Assembly (NCBI GenBank): GCA_965202585.1
Contig: OZ241834.1
Location: forward strand, 27,094,001-27,158,000
DNA from: Thalia democratica
Taxonomy: Eukaryota
DNA: 64,000 nt
Direction of reading: 5' to 3'
A model generated the notes under the pieces. It did not search any database and was not told the DNA's origin. It saw nothing but the letters and a program-made list of their open reading frames with translations. A program made the position numbers and the translations under genes. Shown here piece by piece: positions 47,284-58,984 of this stretch. Numbering within the stretch: the first letter of the stretch is position 1; every line of letters starts with the position of its first letter.

Positions 47284-48978
47284 CAGAGTTGCCACTCGTT
47301 TTTTCAAAAATTTTTCCAGGTTTTTCAAATTTCCTCCAGGTTTTTAAAAGTAGAAATTTTCGGGGATATTTTTAGATTAATATTAAGTTTAAGGCAGGAG
47401 CGTGTGTAGACTTTTTTCAAAAGGGGTTCACAACTTTTTTTTTGTTCTTAATTTGCCGCTTAATTACGAATTTCTTAGGTATGCACTGCTAGTTAAGTAC
47501 ACAATATTTAGCCGAAAAACTCTTTGTTTAAAATGCTTTTTCTGCTTAAAAGTATAAAAAAACATATAAGTAGTAATAGAAAAATACTAATTTTTTATAT
47601 ATTATACTGTATTGAATTTAGATAAACTAAAACAAAAAGAACCTGAAAAAAGTTATTAACTTACAAATTGTGATTTAAATTTTAGTATAGATGGAGTTCT
47701 TACAATTTTTTCTTTTAAATTTTAAAATATTTATGTTTATTTATAATTAAAGAAAATTTTCAAGTAATTTAATCTATATAAATTGAAATTTCACTAAAAA
47801 AATGTTTATACTTATACAATTAAATTAAAAAATCTTTAAACTATAATTAAATGTTTGCCTAATGGTGTAGGGATTCTAATGATGGTTTTGAAATCTCTCT
47901 GAGTTAAAAAATTCAAAAAATAAAGAATTATTGTAGCCAACACATATACAAAAATAAACAACTTAAATGAAAATTAAAATTTAACTTAAAAGACGTTCAT
48001 ACTTATACAATTAAATTAAAATATCTTTAAGTTATAATTAGATGTTAGCCTGATATTGCAGGGATTCAAATGATGGTTTTGAAATCTCTCTGAGTTGAAA
48101 ATTTAAAAGAATTAAAATTTAACATTTTGGACAACAATTATACAAAAATTATATCCTAAATAAAAATGTTAAAATATCATTAAATGATAAAAAATAAATT
48201 TCCCGGTGGTGTAGTGGTCTAAAGATGATTTTATAAGCTCGCTGAATTGAACTTTTCAAGGTTTAAAAGCTTCACACAACATTATTATATACAATCAAAT
48301 AAGTAAAATAAAACTTTAGTGATTATATTTGAAAATTTTCAAGTAAAATTGTACTTACTAGTTGAAAAACAATACTTAATCAAAAGTTATTTACACTAAG
48401 TAACAGTTTATTATGGGAAGTAAGAGTATCTTAGTAAAAAGTTTCCTAGAAAAAAATGCTACTTTAAAACTTTTACCTATTACACGTCACGTCTCAATCA
48501 AAGTTTTATTTGAATTCTATTTCAGCTGGGCAAAAACAAGCATTTTTTGTAACGGAAACTTGTAATTTTTCAGTGTTATAAGTTCAACTTTCACTATTCA
48601 AAGTTTATCAAATAACAAAAACAAAGTCAATAAACAATGTTTTTAGTAATGTTCTAAGAATCTTTTTTTTTTAATTTCTTTTTTAAGGCGGTTCACAAGA
48701 AACAGAAAACCAGTCAAAACACGCCCCTGTTTTAAGGTAAGAAACTGTGATAAACAGTATAAAAACAACAAAAAGATATTATTCAGCTACGTAGAATGTG
48801 TTTTTTAATAAATAGAAAATTTATGATGACAGTTTTTTTTATAAATATGATAGATTTTCTGTGCCAAATCGAAACTTTACGACTTAAAATGTTAAAATTG
48901 TTCAAAGTTCCAGGTTTTTCCAAGTTTTTTTTGCTTAAATTGTCAAATTCCAGGTTTCCATGTAAAGTGGTAATCATG
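47284..48978. mobile_element. Large decayed hAT-like non-autonomous element (ends match the 11651 MITE)
   Basis: Left end cagagttgccactcgttttttcaaaaattttttccagg; right end ttccaggtttccatgtaaagtggtaatcatg; internal ~190-bp tandem repeats at 47805-48265. An inverted right-end fragment lies at about 46865-46990. Confidence 0.5.
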
Positions 48979-49311
48979 TAAACAAAAATAAACGTTAACT
49001 TTCAAAAAACAAAATTAGCTTTTTTATCACTGATATGGCTTAGATGATTTTTATTACGTCTAGTTTTTTATACTTATAAGGCTGAAATAACAAGAAATTA
49101 TGGCTTAAATTTTAAACAAGTAGTTTATAAAATAATTAGTGTGAATTAGATGCTGTCATCTACTAGTTGTCGCCCAAAAGGACTTGTGTTACCCTTACTA
49201 CTTTTACTATTCTTTTTTTTTTCTTTTTTACTGCTTTACTATCGATTCTTCTATTAATTGCCACTAACTAACAAAATGTTGTGCTCTGTAGTAAACCATG
49301 ACTTGCTAGAT

Positions 49312-49532
49312 CAGGGTTTCCCAAACTGGGTCAAAGGGTCCCCTTGGAGGCCATTAAAGAAATTTAGGGAGTATGAACTCATAAATTTTAACTTTAAAAA
49401 ATATTTTTGAGTTGTAGATGAAGAGCAAAAGAAAAGGTCTTAAACTGTTGTAATGAGAAATCTTGTTAGATAGTCCATAGCTTTTTTATTCTCTTTTTAA
49501 GAGCTTTTTAAAAAAAAGTTCGGAAAGCCCTG
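49312..49532. mobile_element. hAT (Charlie-like) MITE
   Basis: TIRs CAGGGTTTCCCAAACT / AGTTCGGAAAGCCCTG; flanks tgctagat / tactaaag match at 5 of 8 positions (decayed TSD). Confidence 0.65.
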
Positions 49533-50171
49533 TACTAAAGCATACAATTTTTTTTGTAATTAAGGCAGATTTTAATTACTGGTTTATTGTGTAAATTATT
49601 GGAAGGTATTGACTTTTTGATTTCTCTTAGACTAGGTTTATGTTTTTGAGATCCATCTATTACTAACTGTATAGGTTAAATTTAATAACTTTTTTTTTCA
49701 TTAAACTTATCCAGATACAATGACAATATGAAAAAAAATTCTAGTTGCGTTGTTTTCTTAAGTAATATTAGCAATAACTAACTAACTACTTTAATAATGT
49801 TTATTTAATCAAAACAGTTTAAAAACGTTTCTATTTTACTCTTTAAACCAACTTTGATGTTGAACCGCTTTTTTTACAGTTTGTAACTAACATATGACAT
49901 TCATTTATTACTTTAGTTTAAATGATATATTCTACTATGTTTAAAAAACATTAACTAGATTGAAGTTCTCAATTTAAAAAGTCATAATAAAGAATCTTTT
50001 TAAAAGAAAATAAAGGATTCTATATTTTTAAGATGATTCAAAACAAGTACACTTTAAAATAAATTAAAAAAAAAAATAACAAGCTCATGTGTTTTTTTAT
50101 ACAATCTAAATTTCTGATTACTGACTTTAGGTTTTAATTTAACAAGTAAAAAAACATTCAAAAAAACTGCA

Positions 50172-50349
50172 ATGCATAAGTTCTATGAAAGCAAAAGTGG
50201 GAGAAAAAATGAAAAGTTTCCAGTTAAACTAAACACTTTGCATGTGGCTTGCACTATTAAAAAGACTATCTTGGATTTTTGTCAAAATGATGCTTCTAAA
50301 AACCTTCAAGATGATGATTTGAAAACTTTCAATCAAGTTGCGCAACATG
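50172..50349 (+). CDS. Candidate upstream coding exon of the BACK-Kelch gene (degenerate BTB-like segment?)
   Basis: ATG-initiated 59 codons ending CAT G|gtaaat (phase 1), which matches the phase-1 acceptor at 52905 (..QH G NFPDEV..). Contains TILDFC, reminiscent of BTB xILxFxY. Not otherwise supported. Confidence 0.35.
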
Positions 50350-52904
50350 GTAAATTTTTTTAGTTTTCACTCGTTTCGCATGACTATATAAAAAAAAGTT
50401 TTTAAATTCGTTACTGCAGCAAATCTGTATATTTTTTAGTGTATTTTTTTATTCGTTGTTGTTTTTAATACTTTCTGTTTAAAACACTTTTTTTCTAATG
50501 AAATTAGTCTGTTTTAAACACATAGTAAAAAGCTAAATTTTTTTTAAATAGTATACAAAGTACAACCAATAACTTTAAATTTGTGACATGCAGCAAATTT
50601 CAGTTTATTTTTTGAGAAATAAGTCAATTCATACGATTCTAATAAATACATTAACCAATAAGTTAAGGTATTTTATATCTTTATAGTTAATTCTTGTAGG
50701 TGTTTATACAACCTTAAGTTAAGTATATCTGTTCAATAAACTATAGAACAAATTAATACAATATTAATTTGAAAATTAATTATGTTAAAAAGCTAAGAGA
50801 ATAGTCGTACATTGCTCGCAATGCGCGCTCTAGTGCTATATGGAGAAAGCAAATAAATAATGTAAAACATTAAACAATAATAAACATGTTTCAATACTAA
50901 CATGTTGGTTTGATCAAATTGTTTATATTTCTACTCTTGTTTCATTTTTAAAAGTTTTGCTTTGTTTATACTTTTAGAAAACTTAACATGTTACTCAATT
51001 AAAAGTAGATTTAAGTAAAGCTTTGTTAGAATAAACTTTGAATATTCTTTTATTAAACCAGAATAATTAAACAATAAAACAAAATCTATTCTGAGCCAAA
51101 GTGCACAAAGCTTATAATAAATAAAAGTTATACATTTTTACCTTTTGATATTATTTAAAAGCAAAACTTGGTATATACTAGCTAACATTTAAGTTATTAT
51201 TTTTAGTTTTTTTTCTACTGCGCAGTTATGATCACCAAACAGTTATTTCAATTTTACTTTTTATTAGTTTTCCATTTGTTTTATTTTCATTTATGTTACC
51301 TTTGTTTAGTTACGCTGCCTTCGTTTGTGTTAGATAACTAAAAGCAAGATCACACCGCGCGAAAAACGTGCTGCAGTATCAGATGAAGAAAGCAAATGAA
51401 TAATGTTTAAATGAAAACATTAAAAAATTTAGAAACTTTCAAATTCTATACTTAGTGCTAAATTCCAATTACTATATTTTTTTCTTGAAAACTGCTTTTA
51501 AATTAAGCATAAAACAAAATTACCTAATTAATGAAAAGGAAAATGAATTACAATAAAGAGCTTTCTTAGTTGTTGTTTTATTTGTTAAATGAATATTAAG
51601 TAGCTAAAAGCAAGATCGCAGACCTCGCGCTTTAGTGCTAGCTGTAGAATTACTATAAGTTGAAACTTAAAAAATTTGAAATTCTAATTACGTGCTAATT
51701 TCAAAATACTACAAACAAAACATTTAAATTTTTCAAAACAACTTTTATAAAATAATCTTTGAAGCAAAATTGGTTTGTTTGATTTTGGTTTGTCAAAGTT
51801 TGATCTTGTTTTTAGTTTTCACGCTCGTTTACCTATATCACAACCTCAAAAACTCCGTTTTCTTTTTCAGATTTCTCGTGTATAAAGATTAAAATACTGT
51901 ACAATCTACTGTTTCGTTTTAGATAAATTTAAACGTTTCAAACAAATAGAAATGATATTTTTTAGACGAGCGTAACTCTATTTACGGTCTAACTTTTACG
52001 ATTTCTACCAAAGTTCTTTAATTTTCACGCTAACTCTCATCTTTATTTTATTTTTTACAAAAACCCTTTATACATAATCATTCAGCTTAGAGTATTTAGT
52101 TTCCATACTATCATTTTTTTTTATATTGGGTTAGTATGAATGATGCTACAGCCCATAGAAAAAGTGGTGCATTATGGCTATTTCTTCAGTTTTTTTTTTT
52201 GAAAAATCTGACGATAAACAAATAGTTTTTACTTGGTATTTTTTTACAGGTACAAAATAACATTCTGCTAATTCTTTATGTACGATTTTTACAAAAATAT
52301 TTTTTTTAAGGAATCGTCAGTTTACTGTTTTCAGAGTAAAATGGTATATATATCAATAAATGGTATATATATCAATAAATATTATATAAAAAAAAAACTT
52401 CACACAATACTAATTAACCTACATTGTGCCCATGCACAGTTTTTTACTTTAAACTTAATACTTTTATGAAATATTAAGCATTGATTTTTTTTATTACTGT
52501 AAGCTACTTTGTCTATGAAGGACAAAACAAATGCAAATGATTTGTTTTTAAAGGTTTTTAGGTGGCGCTAAGAAACATAAAATCAATTTAATACATAAAT
52601 TGATGCTATTTTTCATCAACGTATACATTTTGCAAGTAATTCTATTAAATTTATTACTAAGCTTTTAAATTATTTTTCAAGCTTTAATGTTAAACTTAAT
52701 ATTTATTATTTGATGATAAACTGAAAGTATAAAACACTACTTTTACAGTTTTTACTTAAGTTTTTTTGATTTAACACTCAAATGCATCCTTATTTTCAAT
52801 TCTTCAATAATGTTTTATACATCATCTTTTAGTGTAATGTGTTTAGTATTTTGAGTAGTTTATAAAGTACAACCAATAACTTTAAAAAAAACTTTTTTTT
52901 CTAG

Positions 52905-54325
52905 GTAATTTCCCTGATGAAGTCAACAAACTAGTTGTAGTTTTGAAGTTAAATCAGATAAAACTGAATAGAGATGTGGAAACTAAAATGTACAATCACG
53001 TAAAGACCTTAGTAACTCCACAAAATGCTGCTACTTACTATAACCTGTCTAAGCTCTTCAGTTTAAATAGTCTTTCAAAAGAAACAAAAGCTTACATAAA
53101 TTGCTGGTTTACAACAGTTGCTGAAACTAAAAACTTTTTAGAGTTAGATTTTGATTTAGTTAAGAGTGTTCTATCCAGTTCTTACATTCACATTTTTTCG
53201 GAAGTCGAAGTTTTTGATATTGCAGATACTTGGATAAGATACAAGCTTAGTGAAAGAAAAAAACATTCAAAAAATCTCCTAACGACAGTTCGTCTTTCTT
53301 CTTTATCTAGGCATGCTTTAAACCATATTTTACATCGGGATTCGTCGTTTAAAACTGTTAAAGAATGCCAAGCTATGATAACTGAAGCCATAGAACAGAG
53401 TAAAACAAACATGCAAAATAATGAATCAATAAATACAAGACACTGCAGCGAAAATAAACTTGATATTTTGCATTGTGGTCTAGTTAAAGATTCTATGGTC
53501 GAAAATGGTGATGGTTTTAAAAGGTTTGTAAACAAAATTGATGGTACAAATTTAACAAGATGTAGAAAAATCCATTCACTTTCAAAAAAATGTAACTTTA
53601 AATTTGACGATCCACCAGCCGTTTACTTAAAAGGACACGTTTATTTCTTAAACTCTCCACATACTGATAATGAGAACTTAAATTCTAAAATTGAAAAATA
53701 CTCAATTGCTGCGGATACCCTTGAAATTGTGGGAGACATGTTTGAAGATCGTGTACATTTTTGCGCGTGCGGCTTCATCGATAAAATTTATTTCATTGGC
53801 GGCCTCGTGCAAGACAAAAGAACAGCAACGTGCAGGTGCTTTGACACGAGCAGCTGCGCGTGGGGAGTCGTGGCAAGCATGAGGGGAGCCAGATCAAGCG
53901 CGGCCTGCACCGCGTTCGAAGGAAGAATTGTCGTGTGCGGAGGTTTCAACGGCGGCCAACTGAGCACTGTTGAGGCGTACGACCACGCGGGTGACGAGTG
54001 GTCGCCCATGCCGAGCATGACGAGAGGAAAATCTGGACATCATTTAGTTGCTGTGAGGAACAAACTGTTTTCAATAGGAGATTGGAACGGGCAGTTTGAT
54101 GTTTACGATTCGACTTGCAAAAAGTTCGTGAGCGTTCAATCTTCCCTGTGTTTGTTCGTATGTGGGGCTGTGGCTGTGGAAAACAAAATTTTCGCCTTTC
54201 ACGGACCGAGCTCAACGTGTCAGTGCTACGACGTGGACAAAGAGGAATGGTCAACTGAATATTGCGCTTCACAAGGAAGCAGCTTGAAAAAGTTTACTTT
54301 AATTCCTAAACTGACTTTGTCTTAA
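52905..54325 (+). CDS. BACK-Kelch (KLHL-like) protein, main coding exon
   Basis: Frame open from acceptor ttttttctag (52904) to TAA 54325. BACK motifs FLELD..LVKSVLSSS.I...SEVEVF.....WI......R......L...VRL and 5-6 Kelch blades (IYFIGG, IVVCGG, VEAYD....W). First in-frame ATG is 52988. Confidence 0.9.
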
Positions 54326-55645
54326 TTTATCTCGTATTATCATCGTGTGTTTAGTATACGAATTGTTAGAACTAGTTGGAAATTTGAACAAACGTTGGTA
54401 ATTGTTGATAAAAAATATATGCATCGTCTATTTTGTTGCAATTTGAAACTTTAAAAGCTTGTTGAGTTAATTCTAAGAAATACGATAATATTTAGGTTTG
54501 GTAAATTGTTGATATGTAGGTCAAAGTACTTATTGTACTTTACATTACAACTTTGTTAGCGTATTTCTAGTTTAAAATTTTTTTTAATGATTGTAAGCAA
54601 AGTAAGGCTTTTGTAGTAGTTTTTGATAATTTACTATTTTATTTAAACCTAAATAAAGTTCTACCAACTAACACTTCAGAAAAACTCTTTGAAAAACGTT
54701 TTTTAAGTGATAAATAGGACTTTGTTTGAGCGTTTTTTTGTTGTTAATAAACAAAAATTGTTTTTAACTTTTCTATTGTTTGTATATCACAATAAATTTT
54801 GATTTTGTTATGTTTGATTAATTTGTTTTTGAAATATAAAGTTTGTAACACTTAAAAAATTTATTTCGTCTTACTGACCTTACAAAGCTCAAATAGCTCA
54901 ATCTAATGATTACTTTTATGACTTTTTAAAGTTTAAATAACTTATACCAGTAATATTTTTTTTAATTTAAAAGTACTACAAATAAATACCAAAATAAAAA
55001 AAAGCAAAAAAAAATTATATTACAATTTGTCTCTTCAAGGGTCATCATACTTATAAAAGTTTGCACGACGTGTCATCGGATAAAATGTCAAATTAAATTA
55101 AAAAAAAATTTCTGTAATAATAAATATATACAATATTAAAAAAAAAAAAGAAATTCTTAAAATTTGAAAAACGGCTTAAAAAATCAACAAAAGAAAAACA
55201 ACTTTAGAAAAGCTATTTGCTTAACAACTTTTGATTATCTTAAAACAACACTGCTTTGTTGTCGTTTTAACAGATTTTACGTTCTGATATTTTGTGTCTA
55301 AACTTTTTAATGAGGTGCAGGTATCTAATATTAAAGTTATTAATATAACACGCATTTTTTCGAAAAAAACTTATAGTATTCATTGATATACGAACAAAAC
55401 TAAGTATCTGTGCGATATAGAATTAAAGACATGTATTACCTTTTATAAAGCATATTAGAACTTAGTTAAGATGGCATAGTAAAAACAATTTAACAATAAA
55501 ACTATGTTTTTAAAAGTACTTTCGAAATAAGATTTATATGCCAATATATAACAACTACAATTTTAAAATTACTTATGCTCAGAATTTTTTTATTCTTTTA
55601 AAAGTCACTGTTTACAAGCAAAAGTTTTAATGTCAGCATGATATT

Positions 55646-56365
55646 TCAAAACTGTGGCACTTGAACACAGATAAACCAATCAAAGTTCTTTGTCAGCTCG
55701 AAATTCGCCTCAGCCCATTCATCTTTGACCGTATCGTAGCACAAATTTTTTCATTTGGAGAAGACGACCATCTTGTTTGCAACGAAAACGTTCTGACCTA
55801 CACCGACGCCAAGCTGCCCCATCGGCCGTCACTCAAATTTTCCCGCCAAAAACCGAGCAGGCGGCAAACGCTCTTTCGCGGTTCGGCTAAGCGATTTTGA
55901 CTAATTCGTTTACTTCGGGTTGAACTTGGACAAGCAGTTGGTTAAATTTTGGTAACTGCTTCCGATGATGTAGTTGCCGCTTATCAAGTATATCTCGTTC
56001 ATGAACGCACAGACGCAATGCATCGTTCGGTCGTCGTAAACGTCAGACAAAACTTCTGAGGCGTTCGAAGCCAACGATCACCTTTCCACGGCGCGAACGC
56101 CCGCTTGAAAGTTGCTGCTATGAAAGAAGAAAACTTGACTGTTGCAATACGCTGTGTTTCTGTAGCGTTCGCTCTGTTCAAACTGTTGCCTCCAATTTGG
56201 TGTATTTCAGGGAAAACGACCACTTCAAATAGTCATCAACACTTGCGGCGCAACAGAGAAAAACACTAAATTTTTTATAGCTGCTATACCTGTTTCGAAG
56301 ATTTTAGAAACCCACTTTGTTTCAAAGCGTCATCTACGAGTTTAGCGTTCCTTTCTTCCCTAAAC
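55646..56365 (-). pseudogene. Kelch-like pseudogene, paralogous to the 52905-54325 gene
   Basis: Minus-strand fragments RNRYSSYKKFSVFLC, YDDRTMHCVCAFMNEIYLISG, AFAACSVFGGKI*V and ANKMVVFSK*KNLCYDTVKDEW..VPQF* align by eye to NTRHCSENKLDILHC, FEDRVHFCACGFIDKIYFIGG, SSAACTAFEGRIVV and ENKIFAF..CYDVDKEEW..IPKL of the neighbour. Multiple stops and frameshifts, about one blade missing. Confidence 0.8.
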
Positions 56366-56519
56366 TCAAAATTCGGTCAACTTCAATTTAAAAATAAAGT
56401 TAAATTTGCGACTTTTTTTTATCCTTTAAACTTAAATACATAAATAATTCTTATTTTTTTATCAAAAAATAGTGTATAAAAAATTTAAAGATCTTTATGG
56501 GAAAAGTATACTAAAAGGT

Positions 56520-56710
56520 ATGAAAAAAGCTGATGAAAAGCTGAATCAGAAAATTGTATTAAAGCATTTCTTTTCTACATTTTTTAATGTATACCCTTAT
56601 ACCTAACCTACTTTACCCAAAAATATTAAAAAACAAGGTTTAATGATTCAAAAAATATGAAAAAATAGCTTACTGACTTAGTTCTTTTTTTCAGTTATTT
56701 TTTCAGCTTA
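56520..56710. mobile_element. Small foldback MITE with G-rich core
   Basis: aaaaaagctgatgaaaagctgaa vs ttcagttattttttcagctt; core cccttatacctaacc. Confidence 0.45.
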
Positions 56711-56880
56711 GACTGACCTTCATGTATACACCAGTATAGTCTTGTATAGCTTTGTGGTATAGCCAAATTAATTAATGTTAATTTTGACTTAGGTTTTATT
56801 AGTTCGGTGGTAAAGCCCATAGAAAAAAGCAAAACATTTTGGCTCAAAAATTTTTTACGGAGCATAAAAAAATTGATTAA

Positions 56881-57748
56881 GGGGATAGGGGGGTTAAAAC
56901 ACTTTTTTTGCAATTTGATCATATTTTATAAAGTCTTTACTAAGTTACAAGATGATTTTTACAGATTTTTAAAATTCAAAATAATTTTTGAGATATAGCC
57001 CGTCAAAGTCAGAGGCAACAATAGGTTCCTTATGGGAGGCGCAAACTAAAACGACAAAAATAGACTATTTCACTAAAAATCTACCTTTTACGTTTTTTGA
57101 GATAACTACCTCAAAATTTTAGGAAGAGAAGTGTTAAAGGTGTTAACATCATCAGGAACAGAATAGTCTTATTCTTTTATAAATAACAAAATTAAACTAT
57201 TAACAATAAATAACAGAACTAAGATCTATATAATAGATGACTTCCAAAAGTAAAAGCTAAGTTAGTACTCCTCCTTGAATTATATTGTTTGATTAAAGAA
57301 ACTAATAAATTAATTATTAACATTAATAAATTATTAACACATTAATTTTATTGCCAAATGTAGCTTTCTGCTCATAATACTTTACACTAATTCTAATATT
57401 AACAGTTTTTTCTTAACATAGAATGCAAAAAATTATTTTGTTTGTATCTAAGTTTTAGCAAATTCATTTATGTATATATTAAGTTTAAAGAGATACACTA
57501 AATGGTTAACCAATTTTTTTCAAATCAAACAAAAAAAAGAATATTTGTATTAACATACTATATGCTATCAAATCTGCTTTTAAATGGTCTCTGTTAGCTT
57601 TGTTTTAATTAAATATGTAAAAATAAAATACTAAATAAAGTTTTTATGTAATATAGTTAATTAAATAGAGATCGTGCAAACATTAATAGTATTGAGTCTT
57701 TTTAAAACATCAAGGTGTTTCCCGTAATATTTGTTGAGTAAGCAAAAT
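56881..57748 (+). repeat. Direct duplicate of 41473-41720 joined to 42583-43220
   Basis: Long collinear similarity, e.g. aagtgttaaaggtgttaacatc..tcaggaacagaatagtct through aaggtgtttcccgtaatatttg. Confidence 0.85.
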
Positions 57749-57910
57749 AATTTATTTTTTGTAATGAGCTTTTTATTTTCAGTTATTAAAATTATTATTT
57801 TTTTGATAAATTTTATCATGTTTTGGTAAAATGGCTTAAGGATAAGGGTAAAAATAAAAATAAAAATGCAAAAAAAATTGCTGATTCAGCAAATGTTATG
57901 AAAAACAGTT
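57714..57910. mobile_element. Small foldback MITE related to the 9427 element
   Basis: tgtttcccgtaatatttgttgagtaagcaa vs ttgctgattcagcaaatgttatgaaaaaca; core taagggataagggt. Confidence 0.5.
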
Positions 57911-57944
57911 ATATGTTACAATCGGACCCATTAGTATGATAACA

Positions 57945-58007
57945 AAAAGGTCCTTCGTGCACAAGGTCTAAGGACCAATACTTTGAGCGATTTTTTTGTC
58001 GTTTAAC
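57945..58007 (-). repeat. ~110-bp dispersed repeat, partial copy (another fragment at about 54716-54750)
   Basis: aaggtccttcgtgcacaaggtctaaggaccaatactttgagcgatttttttgtcgtttaa. Confidence 0.7.
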
Positions 58008-58289
58008 AAACTATAGTAGTATAAAATAAATTTACTTTTAGATAAAAACAGAGTTGCTATAAATTTTAAAAATAAAATAATGTTTTATAACATTATAAAT
58101 TAGAAAAAATGAAGATAAAATTAAAATATCTATTTAGTTAAAAACTTTATTTAAAAGCAGATTGGCAATTTGGATAAGAGAGTTTTATTTTTATTAAAAA
58201 ACTGCTTCTATGTTATACTAAAATATTTTAAAATCTAAAATTTTAAAACTACTAGAGTCCGAAGCTTTTAATTCATTAATCTCTGCAAA

Positions 58290-58435
58290 AAACTCGTCAT
58301 TGATATATCAAAACGATTCTCTGAGTCACTACCAGCTTCTAATGTTAGTTGCTCACAAGCTGCATTTACAACTTATTTAAAGGGATCATTGGAGGAAAGC
58401 TTAGGATTTAGATAAGGTACAAGTTTTACTTAAAG
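58290..58435 (+). mobile_element. Possible LINE ORF2 linker relic
   Basis: KLVIDISKRFSESLPASNVSCSQAAFTTYLKGSLEESLGFR loosely recalls the endonuclease-RT linker of L2/CR1/Jockey-type LINEs; short and stop-terminated. Confidence 0.25.
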
Positions 58436-58984
58436 TTTAGTTTTAAATTTATCAGTAGAAAGTTTTAACTAAACTTATATTTAATTATTACTGAAGAACC
58501 TCACTGTGCAAGACATTGTTTTGTAAATAGTTTCTTTGAAACATTTTTTTTTTATCTGGTTAAACTCAAATTTTGTACTCTAACTATAGGTCTTTAAATA
58601 AACCAAATGTGTACAGTAATTAATTTAGATAATTAAATTTTTTAGAAAAAAAATAAAATAAAACAATTAATCTTCTTCATACAAAACGGTTTTAACTTTA
58701 GATTTTTTACAATAGTTACAATACAAAGCTTGCATAGAAATTCATTCAAGTACTTCGTATAGACACTTTCAAAAATATTTAAAGTAATTAAGATATTAAA
58801 TAGCAACAATAGTCTATTTGTAAGTTAAACATATTTCTTTAGAAACACATACGCTACTTTTCTGATTAATAAAAGCGATAAAAGACTTCAATTTCAGTGT
58901 GTTAACAACTAGTTGTTATTAAAAAGGTCGGATTTTTTTATCGTTTTTTATTTTTCATTTAAGCTTTTTGAATAAATGTCATGC

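Noticed and set aside
48200-48260. tRNA-like start TCCCGGTGGTGTAGTGGT
   Set aside because: No T-loop/B-box or cloverleaf; it is the third degenerate copy of a local ~190-bp tandem repeat.
52943-52945. TTG start assigned by the ORF track to the Kelch ORF
   Set aside because: Eukaryotic gene; the frame is open from a splice acceptor at 52904 and the first ATG is 52988.
6060-56365. Functional cluster of ubiquitin-system genes (APC3, USP-like, Kelch adaptor)
   Set aside because: These are large families, spaced by ordinary intergenic DNA, with no shared regulatory signal visible; adjacency is probably chance.
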